Of a DNA stretch of 64,000 nt, positions 13,822-24,421 are shown in pieces. The position numbers and the translations under genes are program-made. Every line of letters starts with the position of its first letter. The first letter of the stretch is position 1. Origin of the DNA: a virus (Duplodnaviria; Caudoviricetes); IMG/VR virus record IMGVR_UViG_3300028833_000068, positions 1 to 64,000 of that record. One strand, 5' to 3'. Below the pieces are notes generated by a model that saw only the letters and a list, made by a program, of their open reading frames with translations, had not been told where the DNA came from and did not search any database.

Positions 13822-15111
13822 TTACTCAATAAGCTTTTTGCCTTGAAGTTCACTAGCGATTACTCGCTGTGTTGATTCTGCAACACCAATAGCCTTCATA
13901 CGCATTTCCTTCTCAAGCTTTGCGATTTCAGCCTCGGCTGCACGTCTCTTCTCAGCGCCTTCCTTCTGTGCCTTCTGAACACCTTCTACGGTCTCTACAA
14001 GCTTCTGTGTAGATAGACGAAGGGTCTCAACATCAATCACCATGCGCTGACTCTGTTTTGCAACCTCAATGGCTTGAGTCTTCATCATTTCAGCATTCTT
14101 ACGCATCAACTCATTGGTTGTGTCAGTAACCTTAGTACCAACCTCGATGGCTTGCTTTTGGTCGAACAATGCAACAGCAAGTGAAAGCTGATTCTTCCAA
14201 AGAGGAATTGTCATAGCAATCTGAGACTCTGTGTTATTAGCATGCAAGATGTTCGTGCGCTGAATAATACGAATCTGAGTAAGTGACTGCTTAAATGCAT
14301 AACGAAGTGCAACAAGGTCACTCAAACGTTTATCAAGTGAATTCTTATATTCCTCAATGTCACTAATCTGATAATCCTCATATTCTCCAGCTCGAACTTT
14401 CATATCCTCAATGAGTTTCTCAAGTTCTTCTGACTTCATCTTACCAGCAACGATAAGGTCTTCAAGTTGGTCAACATAGTCGCAGTTGTTTTCAAACTGC
14501 TTTTGCAATAGGTTATTATCACGAATTGCAATCTGACGAGTTGCCTCAAGTTTCTTAACAATACCATCAATATTCTTCTCAATGGTATTATACTTTGCCT
14601 TAATCTGCTCAACAGAAACAACAAGTTTCTTAAGTCCAGGAATTCTCCTCAAGAACTTCTTGATTCCACTAGGTGCTTCAAGGTCATCAATATTAACCTC
14701 GTGCAACTCTCCCAATAGATTAGAAATGAGTTCTGCTGACTCAATACCAGCCTTAGAATCAAATGACTGCTTAAGGAAGTCACTTGAATAACTATCCATT
14801 GCTTTCTGAAGGTCAGAGCCATAACTTGAGATACTAGTTATGTCATTCTCATTTAAGACTGCTGCAATCTCCTTATAATAAGCCTTACGTGCTGGAGTGA
14901 GATTCGATGTATTAATCTCTCCAGTGTCCTCTACACGCTTCATTACAGCACCACTAGTGAGTTCAGCCTCTGCTTCGGCTGAAATCTCTTCTACAGCACG
15001 TCTTGTGCGAGTAGGTGACTTACGCTTTGTGGCGTTTGCAGCCCTCTTTCTAGGCTTCTTGACTTCCGTTACTTCAGCTTCTACAACTGTTGCTTTTGTT
15101 TTTTCTGCCAT
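13822..15111 (-). CDS. telA: toxic anion resistance protein (TelA/KlaA family)
   Basis: Coiled-coil protein with YGSDLQ, QIRIIQRTN, TIPLWKNQL, TTNELMRKNAEMMK signatures. Confidence 0.85.
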   Translation of the reverse strand: MAEKTKATVVEAEVTEVKKPRKRAANATKRKSPTRTRRAVEEISAEAEAELTSGAVMKRVEDTGEINTSNLTPARKAYYKEIAAVLNENDITSISSYGSDLQKAMDSYSSDFLKQSFDSKAGIESAELISNLLGELHEVNIDDLEAPSGIKKFLRRIPGLKKLVVSVEQIKAKYNTIEKNIDGIVKKLEATRQIAIRDNNLLQKQFENNCDYVDQLEDLIVAGKMKSEELEKLIEDMKVRAGEYEDYQISDIEEYKNSLDKRLSDLVALRYAFKQSLTQIRIIQRTNILHANNTESQIAMTIPLWKNQLSLAVALFDQKQAIEVGTKVTDTTNELMRKNAEMMKTQAIEVAKQSQRMVIDVETLRLSTQKLVETVEGVQKAQKEGAEKRRAAEAEIAKLEKEMRMKAIGVAESTQRVIASELQGKKLIE

Positions 15112-15245
15112 TTTTATTCTATTTTAAAGTTATTAAATATTTTCTCAACTTTATGCAAAGATATAAAAAAGTTTTTTAATTCCCAAATTTTCAATGTTAA
15201 TAAAATAAAAAAAATCACCAACCGATTAGATTGGCGATAATTTCT

Positions 15246-15677
15246 TTAGAATGGTAGGTCATCTGCATCATTAGTAGCAGTTGTTGCTGCTGCCATCTCA
15301 GCTTCATCTGTCTTAGGTTGGAACTTTCCTGTGTCTGTGGTTGCATCATTTGATGCAGTATCACCAGACTTTCCAAGATTTACAAATTCAATTCTGTCAG
15401 CGAGAATATCTCTTGAAACCATTGTTTCGCCATTCTTGCTCTGATAGGTACTAACAGTCTCTGAACCCATCACACTAACAGCACTACCCTTTTTCAAGTA
15501 CTCTTGCATCTTAATGCCTCTGTCGTTAACCCAAGTAACATTAAGCCATGCAGTGCTCTTCTCGCCATTCTTAAACTCGTCTGTGGCAACTCTCATTGAC
15601 ACAAACTGTTTTCCATTCTTACCAGTTTTCAATTCGGCATCTGCTCCTAATCTGCCGATAAAGTTCACATTTACCAT
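15246..15677 (-). CDS. ssb: single-stranded DNA-binding protein
   Basis: IGRLGADAE, YLKKGSAVSV, acidic DDLPF tail. Confidence 0.95.
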   Translation of the reverse strand: MVNVNFIGRLGADAELKTGKNGKQFVSMRVATDEFKNGEKSTAWLNVTWVNDRGIKMQEYLKKGSAVSVMGSETVSTYQSKNGETMVSRDILADRIEFVNLGKSGDTASNDATTDTGKFQPKTDEAEMAAATTATNDADDLPF

Positions 15678-15702
15678 GATTAATTAAGGTTTAGTTAAAA
15701 AA

Positions 15703-16011
15703 TTAGATTATATATAAAATTAGTTTTTCTCCTTTAACACTCCATCCTTGGTTTTTGATTACTTCATATTCCTCTTGTGGTAATTTTGAATTCACTAGAC
15801 TATCTATATCAATCTCATAATAATAGTCAAATGTCTTTTCATCCATTTTCAAGGCAACATCAGTAAACAACGCAATATTGATAAATGCCGATGCATTTAA
15901 CTTGTGTTTCTCCTCAGATGAATTGTCTTTTAAAAGAGTTTTTAAATCATTCTTTGTCATATCACTTATGTTTCGTGATGCAAAGATATGAAAAAAAAAG
16001 TTAAATTCCAA
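15703..16011 (-). CDS. hypothetical protein (likely start at MTKND)
   Basis: ORF track; annotated N-terminus overlaps a promoter. Confidence 0.6.
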   Translation of the reverse strand: MEFNFFFHIFASRNISDMTKNDLKTLLKDNSSEEKHKLNASAFINIALFTDVALKMDEKTFDYYYEIDIDSLVNSKLPQEEYEVIKNQGWSVKGEKLILYII

Positions 16012-16069
16012 ATATTTTAAGAAAAAAAATCTGAAACTATCAAATAATCTCAGATTTTTTAAACATATC

Positions 16070-16318
16070 TTAAAACTTGATTGTACTCACGTATCCATTA
16101 TTTTTGAACTTGTTATACACATCTTGAGTAAGGTCATGTGCCTCTTGCTTCATTTGACTTATTACATGGTGCAAGGCATTAATGCACTCATCAGTTTGGC
16201 GAATATTGGCAATGGCAAAGTCAAAACTACCATCAGTCTTCTTTACCTCATTCTTTGACATATCAATACGCATATTGAAATTGTCAATACAACTCTGAAC
16301 AAATTCATTATCTATCAT
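16070..16318 (-). CDS. hypothetical protein
   Basis: ORF track. Confidence 0.65.
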   Translation of the reverse strand: MIDNEFVQSCIDNFNMRIDMSKNEVKKTDGSFDFAIANIRQTDECINALHHVISQMKQEAHDLTQDVYNKFKNNGYVSTIKF

Positions 16319-16323
16319 ACCTC

Positions 16324-17241
16324 TTACCCAATTATATTTCCACTCTTATCACAAATTAATCCACGATGTATATCAATCACAATTGGACGATGCTTACGTT
16401 TAAACTCAGAACGTACAGAACGCATAATCACAGCTTCTACGGTTTCATAACCATGTTTTTCACATAGTGCCTTAAATACTCCATAATCAAAATAATTATG
16501 AAGCACATGCTCCTTAATTCTAGAATCAAGCCCAACCCAAGCTTGTAGGATTTCGTCAACGTCATCATAGGTCTTTCCAGGGGCTATCTGAGCCAAATCG
16601 CCTCCAGCCTTAACACCATTACCATCAGTTGGAATCAATGCAATAGACTGTTCAAGAGCCTTTGAATCCTTAAAATGATTTTCCTTTAGGTAACGAGCAA
16701 GGTCATAAACCTCATGCTTCCATAAACCGCCAATTGGATTTAATTCTCCTTCATCACCTCCAGCAATGGTCCAAAATCCCAAAAAGCATTCTGTCAAATT
16801 ATCGGTATCAATCACAATACCATTAGTGATACTAGCTAAATTGTGTAAGAAATTACCTCTTAGCCTAGCCTTAATATTACCTTGTGAAACATTGGTACTA
16901 ATTAAACCAAATGAATTAAAAACATTTTCTACATTAACAAATAACTCTTGTAGATTTATTTCTTTAAAATCATTACAAAACTCCATCCCAACAAGTTTGG
17001 CTGTTGATATTTCAACTTCCTCATTTGTTGAACAAGGAAGACTAGCACCAATTAGTGGAATACTCGTCTTATCATATACCATCTTACAAATAGCTGCGCA
17101 TAAAGTTGAATCAATTCCTCCTGAAATTCCAAGAACTTGTGTTTTAATGTGATTTTTAACCAAATATTCAGCAACGCCATTAACAATGTTATCAAGAACC
17201 TTCTTATAATCAAGAGGGCTTGTTCTATAAGTCTCAACCAT
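16324..17241 (-). CDS. nadE: NH3-dependent NAD+ synthetase
   Basis: LGISGGIDST, GNIKARLR, TDNLTE..GFWT..GD, PIGGLWKHEV, SEFKR. Confidence 0.93.
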   Translation of the reverse strand: MVETYRTSPLDYKKVLDNIVNGVAEYLVKNHIKTQVLGISGGIDSTLCAAICKMVYDKTSIPLIGASLPCSTNEEVEISTAKLVGMEFCNDFKEINLQELFVNVENVFNSFGLISTNVSQGNIKARLRGNFLHNLASITNGIVIDTDNLTECFLGFWTIAGGDEGELNPIGGLWKHEVYDLARYLKENHFKDSKALEQSIALIPTDGNGVKAGGDLAQIAPGKTYDDVDEILQAWVGLDSRIKEHVLHNYFDYGVFKALCEKHGYETVEAVIMRSVRSEFKRKHRPIVIDIHRGLICDKSGNIIG

Positions 17242-18373
17242 AACAATTTAAAATTTCGTTTAACATTTCTTTTTTATCTTCAAAAACAAAATATGGATAA
17301 TCTATACCCAAATCACTATAATATAACAATTTTATACCATTTTTTTTACATAATACATTCTTAATTTTATCATTTTTAATAACATATTTAAAGCCATATT
17401 TTCCCTTTTCAAAATGAGAAACTTTTTTAAAATGTTGTATTCCTTGACATTCAATTGCTACTTTATATTTTGGCAAATAAAAATCTAAACTAAATTTTCC
17501 TAACCATTCTAAATCTTTTTTAGACGCAACATGAATATACTCTATATTATTATCATCAAATAATTTTTTTATCGCTAATTCCAAATGAGACATTCTACAA
17601 TGAGGACACCCAGCGCCACACAAATGAGAATTCGCTGTTTGCTCAAAATCACCATGAATAGGACATGTTATTGTAATTAAATTAGCTTGTATTGTGTATT
17701 TTGATTTTGAATAATCATACTTATCACCATGTACTTCTTTAGCTTTTTCTATAAAATCTTTTGTACTTAATTTTCCAACATTTGCACAATATGCGCATTT
17801 TGCGCCATTTATGTGCCTTGATGGGTGTTGCCAGAATTCGCCATGCTTTGGGCAGATAATACAAACTCTTCCCTTTTCGTCACGATGTTCTAAATCAACT
17901 TTAGAATAATCATACTTATCACCATGCGTTTCTTTGGCTCTATTTAAAAATTCATGCATTGTTAATGGCACTCCTCCATTACATTTTGGACAACCCCTAT
18001 GATTGGTTTTATGAATATGATTGGCTGGTGTTTGCCAAAATTCGCCATGCGTAGGACAGATTATGCATACTTTAGTATTAGCATTCACATATTCTACCTT
18101 AGAATAGTCATATTTATCGCCATGTATTTCTTTAGCCTTACTTATAAATTCTTCGGAAGTCAATAGAACTCCTCCATTACATTTTGGACAACCCCTATGA
18201 TTGGTTTTATGAATATGATTGGCTGGTGTTTGCCAAAATTCGCCATGCGTAGGACAGATTATGCATACTTTAGTTCTGTTATTGGTGTATTCTACTTTTG
18301 AATAATCATACTTATCACCATGTACTTCTTTAGCTTTTTCTATAAAATCTTTTGTTGTTATTTTTTTAGGCAT
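17234..18373 (-). CDS. homing endonuclease: DUF723-like zinc repeats plus C-terminal PD-(D/E)XK/Vsr-like domain
   Basis: 4 x (HGDKYDYSK...ICPxHGxFxQ...H...C.xC) repeats; LDFYLPKYKVAIECQGIQH. Confidence 0.85.
   Translation of the reverse strand: MPKKITTKDFIEKAKEVHGDKYDYSKVEYTNNRTKVCIICPTHGEFWQTPANHIHKTNHRGCPKCNGGVLLTSEEFISKAKEIHGDKYDYSKVEYVNANTKVCIICPTHGEFWQTPANHIHKTNHRGCPKCNGGVPLTMHEFLNRAKETHGDKYDYSKVDLEHRDEKGRVCIICPKHGEFWQHPSRHINGAKCAYCANVGKLSTKDFIEKAKEVHGDKYDYSKSKYTIQANLITITCPIHGDFEQTANSHLCGAGCPHCRMSHLELAIKKLFDDNNIEYIHVASKKDLEWLGKFSLDFYLPKYKVAIECQGIQHFKKVSHFEKGKYGFKYVIKNDKIKNVLCKKNGIKLLYYSDLGIDYPYFVFEDKKEMLNEILNCYG
17973..18274. repeat. about 104-bp identical intragenic duplication, period 198 bp
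   Basis: 17973-18076 matches 18171-18274. Confidence 0.85.
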
Positions 18374-18449
18374 AATATTTACATTTTTATATAAATATCT
18401 CCTTAGTCACAAAAAAACATAAAAAAGAATTATTTTTGATTATATTTCT

Positions 18450-18884
18450 TTAAAAGTAAAATCTTAATTTTTTATTTTTTAATAGTCTAATTTCATCACT
18501 TGAGGACAGTTCCCCAGTTTCTAATACATCAAAAGCAGTGCATACTTGTATTTCACAGTCTTTTATGTCTTTCACAACACCTTCACCTCTATAGAAATCA
18601 CCATCAGCATATGCATGCCCATTAATTTCATTGATTTTTCTAAGTTTAAAAATGCATTTACCAAGCTTAGATGTACAAGTTATGTAATCACCAAGTTTAA
18701 ACTTTTTAAGAATCTTCTCTTTTACTGCTTCATAAAGTTCTCTTCTAGTTATACTTACTTCTTTTTGAAGCTTTCCTAATTCAGCATCCTTTTTTTTAAG
18801 CTTTGCTGTTAATTCTTCAATCTTATCCATTTTCGAATTCCTTATTAAAAATCCAATAAAAGTTCTTTTCCACCATTGTTTCAA
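18450..18884 (-). CDS. hypothetical protein (likely start at MDKIEE)
   Basis: ORF track. Confidence 0.65.
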   Translation of the reverse strand: MKQWWKRTFIGFLIRNSKMDKIEELTAKLKKKDAELGKLQKEVSITRRELYEAVKEKILKKFKLGDYITCTSKLGKCIFKLRKINEINGHAYADGDFYRGEGVVKDIKDCEIQVCTAFDVLETGELSSSDEIRLLKNKKLRFYF

Positions 18885-18893
18885 TCATAGTTT

Positions 18894-19916
18894 TTATTTT
18901 TTAATTACTAATACTTTATTTGTTCCTATGTTTTTTATTCCCCATTTACTTGTATCATATTCATAAGGTTTTTGACCCATTTTGATTCTTCTCTGATTAT
19001 ACTCATCTCTTTGTTGGATAAGAGCTTCTTTGCTTTCAGCATCAAATATAACAACCATTTTCTTTGTGTTATTGATGACCTTTGCAGTTGAAATCTTTAT
19101 GCTAAATCCACTACCATTAATGTATGCTACGGTATCACCAATATGGATTGGATTGCCCATGCTATCATTTAACTTGGTTTCAGTGCCTTTTTTTGGAAGG
19201 GTATTCTTCTTTTTATCCTTCTCAATGACTTCTTTCAAATAAGATTCAGCTTCTTCCTTTGTTACAAAGACAACGTAACCATACGCACTTACCCAATTTC
19301 CTTTTTTAAGGAATCTGAAATATTCATCATTATAAGCTGAGACCTTATATTCATAGTACGAGCGTTTCAACTCAATTCTAGTATCATCATCGCAACGGAA
19401 ATTATAAATTCCACTGTCTACATTGTATGAGATTCTTAATATCTTTAATGTGTCAAGTGCCATTTTATCTTTATTCACCACATATAGGCAATCACCGTCA
19501 TTCAATGCAGCAAAACACCCCTTTTTCTTGTAGACATCCAATATTTTAATCGCTCCACCAAGCGTTGTTGACACAAGACCTTGAGATGACTTATTACCTT
19601 TAACAGTAACAACTATAAAATCTTCAAATGGTTTGGTATAATTACCTACCTCAGCGCTTGTTGGAATATATTCTCTGTGTTGCCCCTTTTCGCAGCATTT
19701 AAGCGTAAGATAATCATCATAACTCCACTTAATAATTTTAACAAGATAAGTTTTAATTGTCTCATTTTCTATGTCAACAATGAATATTGGGTCTCCCAAA
19801 TGATTTATCTTGAAATCATTAACATTTGAATATCTATTAATGTAATTTGAAAGTGAAGTAGACCCTTTGGGAGAAACTATTACACCCTTTAAATCACCAA
19901 ATACTTTACTTGCCAT
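18894..19916 (-). CDS. hypothetical protein
   Basis: 340-aa ORF. Confidence 0.8.
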   Translation of the reverse strand: MASKVFGDLKGVIVSPKGSTSLSNYINRYSNVNDFKINHLGDPIFIVDIENETIKTYLVKIIKWSYDDYLTLKCCEKGQHREYIPTSAEVGNYTKPFEDFIVVTVKGNKSSQGLVSTTLGGAIKILDVYKKKGCFAALNDGDCLYVVNKDKMALDTLKILRISYNVDSGIYNFRCDDDTRIELKRSYYEYKVSAYNDEYFRFLKKGNWVSAYGYVVFVTKEEAESYLKEVIEKDKKKNTLPKKGTETKLNDSMGNPIHIGDTVAYINGSGFSIKISTAKVINNTKKMVVIFDAESKEALIQQRDEYNQRRIKMGQKPYEYDTSKWGIKNIGTNKVLVIKK

Positions 19917-20430
19917 TTATCAATTTTCTTACTTTTTCTTTTCTATATGCTTCAATATCTACACCTAACTTAATGTCTCTACATTTCCTCGCAAACTCTT
20001 CAACTTCAACCACATTCAATGCTGCACTTAATTCTATATCAGCTTGCTCTCTATCCAACGATGGAGCACTAGACATAAATCTAGGTGTTAAATCCTTGTC
20101 AATTACAATCCTTCCAAGATGCGGACTTCTTGGGTCATCATAAAGCAATTTAACATTATATATATCATATGCCTTTAAGTCTGTTTTAACAATCGAACTT
20201 GTTAGCTTGAGCATCTTCTTGACAAAATCATTTAAGGACACATAATATATGTCACCAAATCTCTTTGCATCTTCAAGAATGTCATCAAATGCTGAAGTAA
20301 CCATGTTCTTAATACCTTCAATGCGTCTTTTTTCAGTTTCCTTTTCCTCTTCTTTTTCTTGCATTTCTCCCAAAAGCATACCAGCAAGAATCATTAGAAC
20401 AAAACCACATAAAAATATAAATCCACCCAT
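19906..20430 (-). CDS. membrane-anchored hypothetical protein
   Basis: N-terminal hydrophobic helix. Confidence 0.75.
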   Translation of the reverse strand: MGGFIFLCGFVLMILAGMLLGEMQEKEEEKETEKRRIEGIKNMVTSAFDDILEDAKRFGDIYYVSLNDFVKKMLKLTSSIVKTDLKAYDIYNVKLLYDDPRSPHLGRIVIDKDLTPRFMSSAPSLDREQADIELSAALNVVEVEEFARKCRDIKLGVDIEAYRKEKVRKLINGK

Positions 20431-20508
20431 ATTCTATTTACTTTTTTGCAAATATACCAAAAAAAAGTGAGATAACCAAATTTATCCCACTTTTTTAATA
20501 TTAGTTAA

Positions 20509-21810
20509 CTATTTCGCAATTACTAGCGTATGGTCTTTCTTACCCTTGGTTAGCAACAGATACTTACCTTGAATCAGATAAGGTGTTGTAACAGTTTCCT
20601 TCTCACTTGTAGGCTTAATCTTATTGATGGAGAAACCATTGCTCTTAATCAACTTACGAGCCTCAGACTTTGAAGACACCTTATCGTGCATTGCAGCAAG
20701 GTCAACCACAGACACACCGCTAACAAAGGAATCCTTTGATACCTCAACCTTTGCAACACCATCCATAGCTGCAAGAAGAGCACTCTCATCGATTGTTGCC
20801 AACTGCTCGGTAGTTCCTTTACCAAAGAGAATTTCAGTAGCTTCAATTGCCTTGTTGTACTCTTCCTCAGAGTGTACAAGACAAGTCATATACTTTGCCA
20901 ACTCCTTCTGCAAATAACGTGCTGATGGGTTCTCACGATGCTTCTCAATCATTGCGTTAATCTCATCAAGTGGAATGAGAGTAAATTTCTTAATGAATGC
21001 CTCAGAATCTTCGTCAGATTGGTTCAACCAAAATTGGAAAAATTCATAAGGACTTGTTTTTTCAGCACTAAGCCAAATGTTTTTGCCATTTGAACTCTTA
21101 CCAAATTTAGTGCCATCTGCACGAGTAACCAATGGCCAAGTCAACGCACAAGCATCAGTCTTTCCAAGAGCTTTACGAATAAATTCCAAACCAATAGTAC
21201 AGTTACCATACTGATCTTGTCCGCCAATTTCACATCTGCACCCATATTCCTTATACAAATGCAAGAAATCATAACCTTGGGCTGTCATATAAAGGAATTC
21301 ACAAAGTGATATTCCTTCACCCTCACGATTAAGACGTTTCTTTACTGACTCCTTCGCCATCATATAATTGACAGTAGTAAGTTTAGCGACATCCTTCATG
21401 TAGTCAGAAAGATTCATCTTACCCATCCACTCATCATTATTCAACATAATGGCTTTATTCTCAGCATTGCTGTTGAAATCAATTAATTTGCTTACTTGTG
21501 CCTTAATACACTCTGAATTGTGAAGAACTTGTTCATCAGTAATCAATGGACGAGAAGTGTCACGGAATGACGGGTCACCAATTTTAGCAGTAAAACCGCC
21601 TACCAATACAATTGGACGATGACCGTATTTCTGCAATAACTTAGCAGTAGTAAACGCCAATAAGTGTCCAACATGAAGTGAATCTCCTGTAGGATCTGTA
21701 CCAACATAGAATGTAGTTGGCTTACTAAAAACCTCATACAAATCACCACTGACACTAGACATCAGTCCTCTTTCCTTTAGTTCTTCAATTAATTTCTTAG
21801 AATCAATCAT
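20509..21810 (-). CDS. tyrS: tyrosyl-tRNA synthetase
   Basis: YVGTDPTGDSLHVGH (HIGH), QGYDF, GGQDQYGN, KFGKS, C-terminal S4-like domain. Confidence 0.97.
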   Translation of the reverse strand: MIDSKKLIEELKERGLMSSVSGDLYEVFSKPTTFYVGTDPTGDSLHVGHLLAFTTAKLLQKYGHRPIVLVGGFTAKIGDPSFRDTSRPLITDEQVLHNSECIKAQVSKLIDFNSNAENKAIMLNNDEWMGKMNLSDYMKDVAKLTTVNYMMAKESVKKRLNREGEGISLCEFLYMTAQGYDFLHLYKEYGCRCEIGGQDQYGNCTIGLEFIRKALGKTDACALTWPLVTRADGTKFGKSSNGKNIWLSAEKTSPYEFFQFWLNQSDEDSEAFIKKFTLIPLDEINAMIEKHRENPSARYLQKELAKYMTCLVHSEEEYNKAIEATEILFGKGTTEQLATIDESALLAAMDGVAKVEVSKDSFVSGVSVVDLAAMHDKVSSKSEARKLIKSNGFSINKIKPTSEKETVTTPYLIQGKYLLLTKGKKDHTLVIAK

Positions 21811-22135
21811 TTTTTAGTTATATTTTTGTTTTACATACTTTCTGTAAATACGAATAGTCTTTTCTTGCTAATAACAGTATTAGCAATTGCTTCCATTTGT
21901 TTAACACCAATGGAACTTGTTTTATATGATGAAGAGGTAAACTTACATCTTTTCTTACTCTTATTTTTTTTCTTTTTGAAAAAGTTAAAAAACATATTAC
22001 TATTATTATATTTCTACTTTTGCAAATATATAAAAAATATTCAAAATAACAAAATTCTTTAACGATATTTAAGAAAAATGACCATCGACTTTCGTCAACG
22101 GTCATCAGTAAAAGTATGAAAAACTATCTATTCGC

Positions 22136-23815
22136 TTACAACTTAATGTAAGACAGAATTTCTTGGTTAAGTGCCTTGGCTACAAGTTCCTCTGCGGTAA
22201 GATTACGTACCTTTCCAGTTACCTCATCAATAACCTTCGACTCTTCTCCACATAGGGTTGTTATAATGCTTCCGTCAAATCCCGAAAGGAACGTACATCC
22301 ACTCTCGAAGGCAGTACCCTCAAAGTGGGTTACACCGTGTCTTGCAACACAATCCCACCAAATGAATTTCATATTGTCCACAAACTCACTTGGGAATACA
22401 GTCTTCAACGCCCTCTTTGAGTACTCGAAGTTTGTTTCAGTTTGGCGATAGTTGCCACCATACCAACTACGATTAGACGGGTTAAACTCCATATCGGATA
22501 CAACCAGTATGGTCTTTGGATACTGCTCCAATGGAATTTCTGGATGTGCCTTTCTAATCTTGATGATTTCATCAACTGCTGATTGGAAATTAGTTCCACC
22601 GCAGCCTACGCTAGGAAGGTTCATAATTCTATCACAGAATGACTCGCCAACCATATCGTGAGGTGTTGACACATTGTCGAACATAATAACCTTATTATGG
22701 AAAGGACCAGTATTAAGGTCAGCGAAGAACAATGCAAGCGATGATGCAATATCAGAACAATAGATGTCCTTCAATCCTCTAACAGCTTGGTTCATTGAAC
22801 CGCTAGTATCAAGACAGCACCATACATTCTCTGTAATCTTACCACCATCACGAGCCTTATCAACAAGACCCTTGAACTGTGCATCAAGAGTGTGCTTCAA
22901 CTCTATGGGAATATTTGCATTGCCACCACGATAGTAACCATACCTACTACCACGAGCCTCACGTAGGCGCTTTGCAAGTTCAAAGACATAGCCAGTGAAC
23001 TTAGCAACTGGCTGCTGCAATATCCACTCTGTATAGTTCTCTCTCAAATCGTGGTTTGAAAGGAACTTGCTTGACACAAGAAGGTTAAGAGCACGTCCTG
23101 GAATGTGATTCCAATTCAAGTCCTTATAGTTCCTTGAGCAGATAAGCTTCTGGAAATCGTGAGCCTTACCGCTAGCCTTCATCTTATTGTACTCCTTGTA
23201 GGAGATACCCATTTGACTAGCGAATGCCTTTGCGAGGTCATTGGTAATCTTTGTCCAATCAGTATTGCACTTGCTCTGAGACTTAATACGAGGCATGTAC
23301 TTCTTAATCAAGTCAACATGGGTGTCGCAAAGTAGACCTTGTGCGATTACCTCAAAGAGAGCCTTTTGGTTAATACAATTGGTATTCTCCTTGATATCGT
23401 AGAACATAATTGTCCACAAGTCCTTCCAAGAGCCAACAAGTGGCAATGCCCAAATGTTGTTATAGAACGCCTCTGGATGCTCCAATGCAACCCAAAGCAA
23501 TCTCTTGAATGACTCGTCACGAGCACCTTGTCCATTCTGAACCTTATCAGTCTCGTTGTCAGCATTCACCTTGACCTTACGAGTAACCATACGAAGGTAG
23601 AATGGGAAACGAAGAGCTGCCTCTGCATTCTCATTCCAAATATTTGCTTGTTCAGCAAACACCTCTCCAATGGCACGACCACGAAAGTTTCCAGCCTTAC
23701 CGAATTGGTCTACGATTGCAGACCCACTAGAAATTAGTGTTGTTGCCCCGTTTTCTGTCAGTGTTGTTGACTTAAAGTTTGCTGCGTTGATAAATGCGTT
23801 TGCCTTTGTGTTCAT
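22136..23815 (-). CDS. DUF2828-type (TROVE/Ro60-like) protein with C-terminal vWA domain
   Basis: TENGA N-terminal motif, GQGARD, GSWKDL, KYMPR, MIDAS DTSGSM, GGTNFQ, VVSDMEF. Confidence 0.8.
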   Translation of the reverse strand: MNTKANAFINAANFKSTTLTENGATTLISSGSAIVDQFGKAGNFRGRAIGEVFAEQANIWNENAEAALRFPFYLRMVTRKVKVNADNETDKVQNGQGARDESFKRLLWVALEHPEAFYNNIWALPLVGSWKDLWTIMFYDIKENTNCINQKALFEVIAQGLLCDTHVDLIKKYMPRIKSQSKCNTDWTKITNDLAKAFASQMGISYKEYNKMKASGKAHDFQKLICSRNYKDLNWNHIPGRALNLLVSSKFLSNHDLRENYTEWILQQPVAKFTGYVFELAKRLREARGSRYGYYRGGNANIPIELKHTLDAQFKGLVDKARDGGKITENVWCCLDTSGSMNQAVRGLKDIYCSDIASSLALFFADLNTGPFHNKVIMFDNVSTPHDMVGESFCDRIMNLPSVGCGGTNFQSAVDEIIKIRKAHPEIPLEQYPKTILVVSDMEFNPSNRSWYGGNYRQTETNFEYSKRALKTVFPSEFVDNMKFIWWDCVARHGVTHFEGTAFESGCTFLSGFDGSIITTLCGEESKVIDEVTGKVRNLTAEELVAKALNQEILSYIKL

Positions 23816-23945
23816 CTTCTCTTGTTTTTTTTGTATTAAACATTAATTATTTTTGCAAATATATAAAAAAAAATTGGAATAACCAAATTTATTAACACTT
23901 TTTTTCAATAAAAATGATATTTATAGTAGTAATTAACAAATTATT

Positions 23946-24383
23946 ATGAATAAGATTGATATTATTATTAGTGAAGAGATAAAAAGGGCGTTAAATGAGG
24001 ATTTCTTTGGAGAGAAGAAACATGATGATGGCGTTGGTGATTTAATCAAAAATTATCTTCATAGGCATAAGAAAAAGAAGAAGAAAGGTCCAACCATGAA
24101 ACTTCGTAAGAAGAAGGGTGGTGGTAAAGAATATTATGATTATGATGATTATCAGATAAAGAATAAGAAGATTTCCAAGGGTGATGCATCAACAATCAGT
24201 AGCAAGGTTGATATGGAGAAGACCAATATTGCAGCCATTGCTAGAGAGTTATTTCCAGACCATACGGAGGAAGGTGCTCAATCTCAGTTAAGAAAGATTT
24301 TGAATGGTGAAAGACCAATGTCGAAGAAGATTGCAGCAAAGATTGACAAGATGATTTCAGCTGGACAAATCGCTGTAGAATAG
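23946..24383 (+). CDS. hypothetical protein with possible C-terminal HTH
   Basis: AQSQLRKILNGERPMSKKIA resembles an XRE-type HTH; preceded by GATATTTATA. Confidence 0.65.
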   Translation: MNKIDIIISEEIKRALNEDFFGEKKHDDGVGDLIKNYLHRHKKKKKKGPTMKLRKKKGGGKEYYDYDDYQIKNKKISKGDASTISSKVDMEKTNIAAIARELFPDHTEEGAQSQLRKILNGERPMSKKIAAKIDKMISAGQIAVE

Positions 24384-24390
24384 AAAAAAC

Positions 24391-24418
24391 AAAAGAGGAG
24401 TTTTTAAGCTCCTCTTTT
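24391..24418. terminator. bidirectional terminator
   Basis: AAAAGAGGAG...CTCCTCTTTT between convergent genes. Confidence 0.75.
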
Positions 24419-24421
24419 TTG

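Noticed and set aside
21818-22105. 95-aa ORF from the track
   Set aside because: Spans a terminator-like hairpin and a promoter; probably spurious
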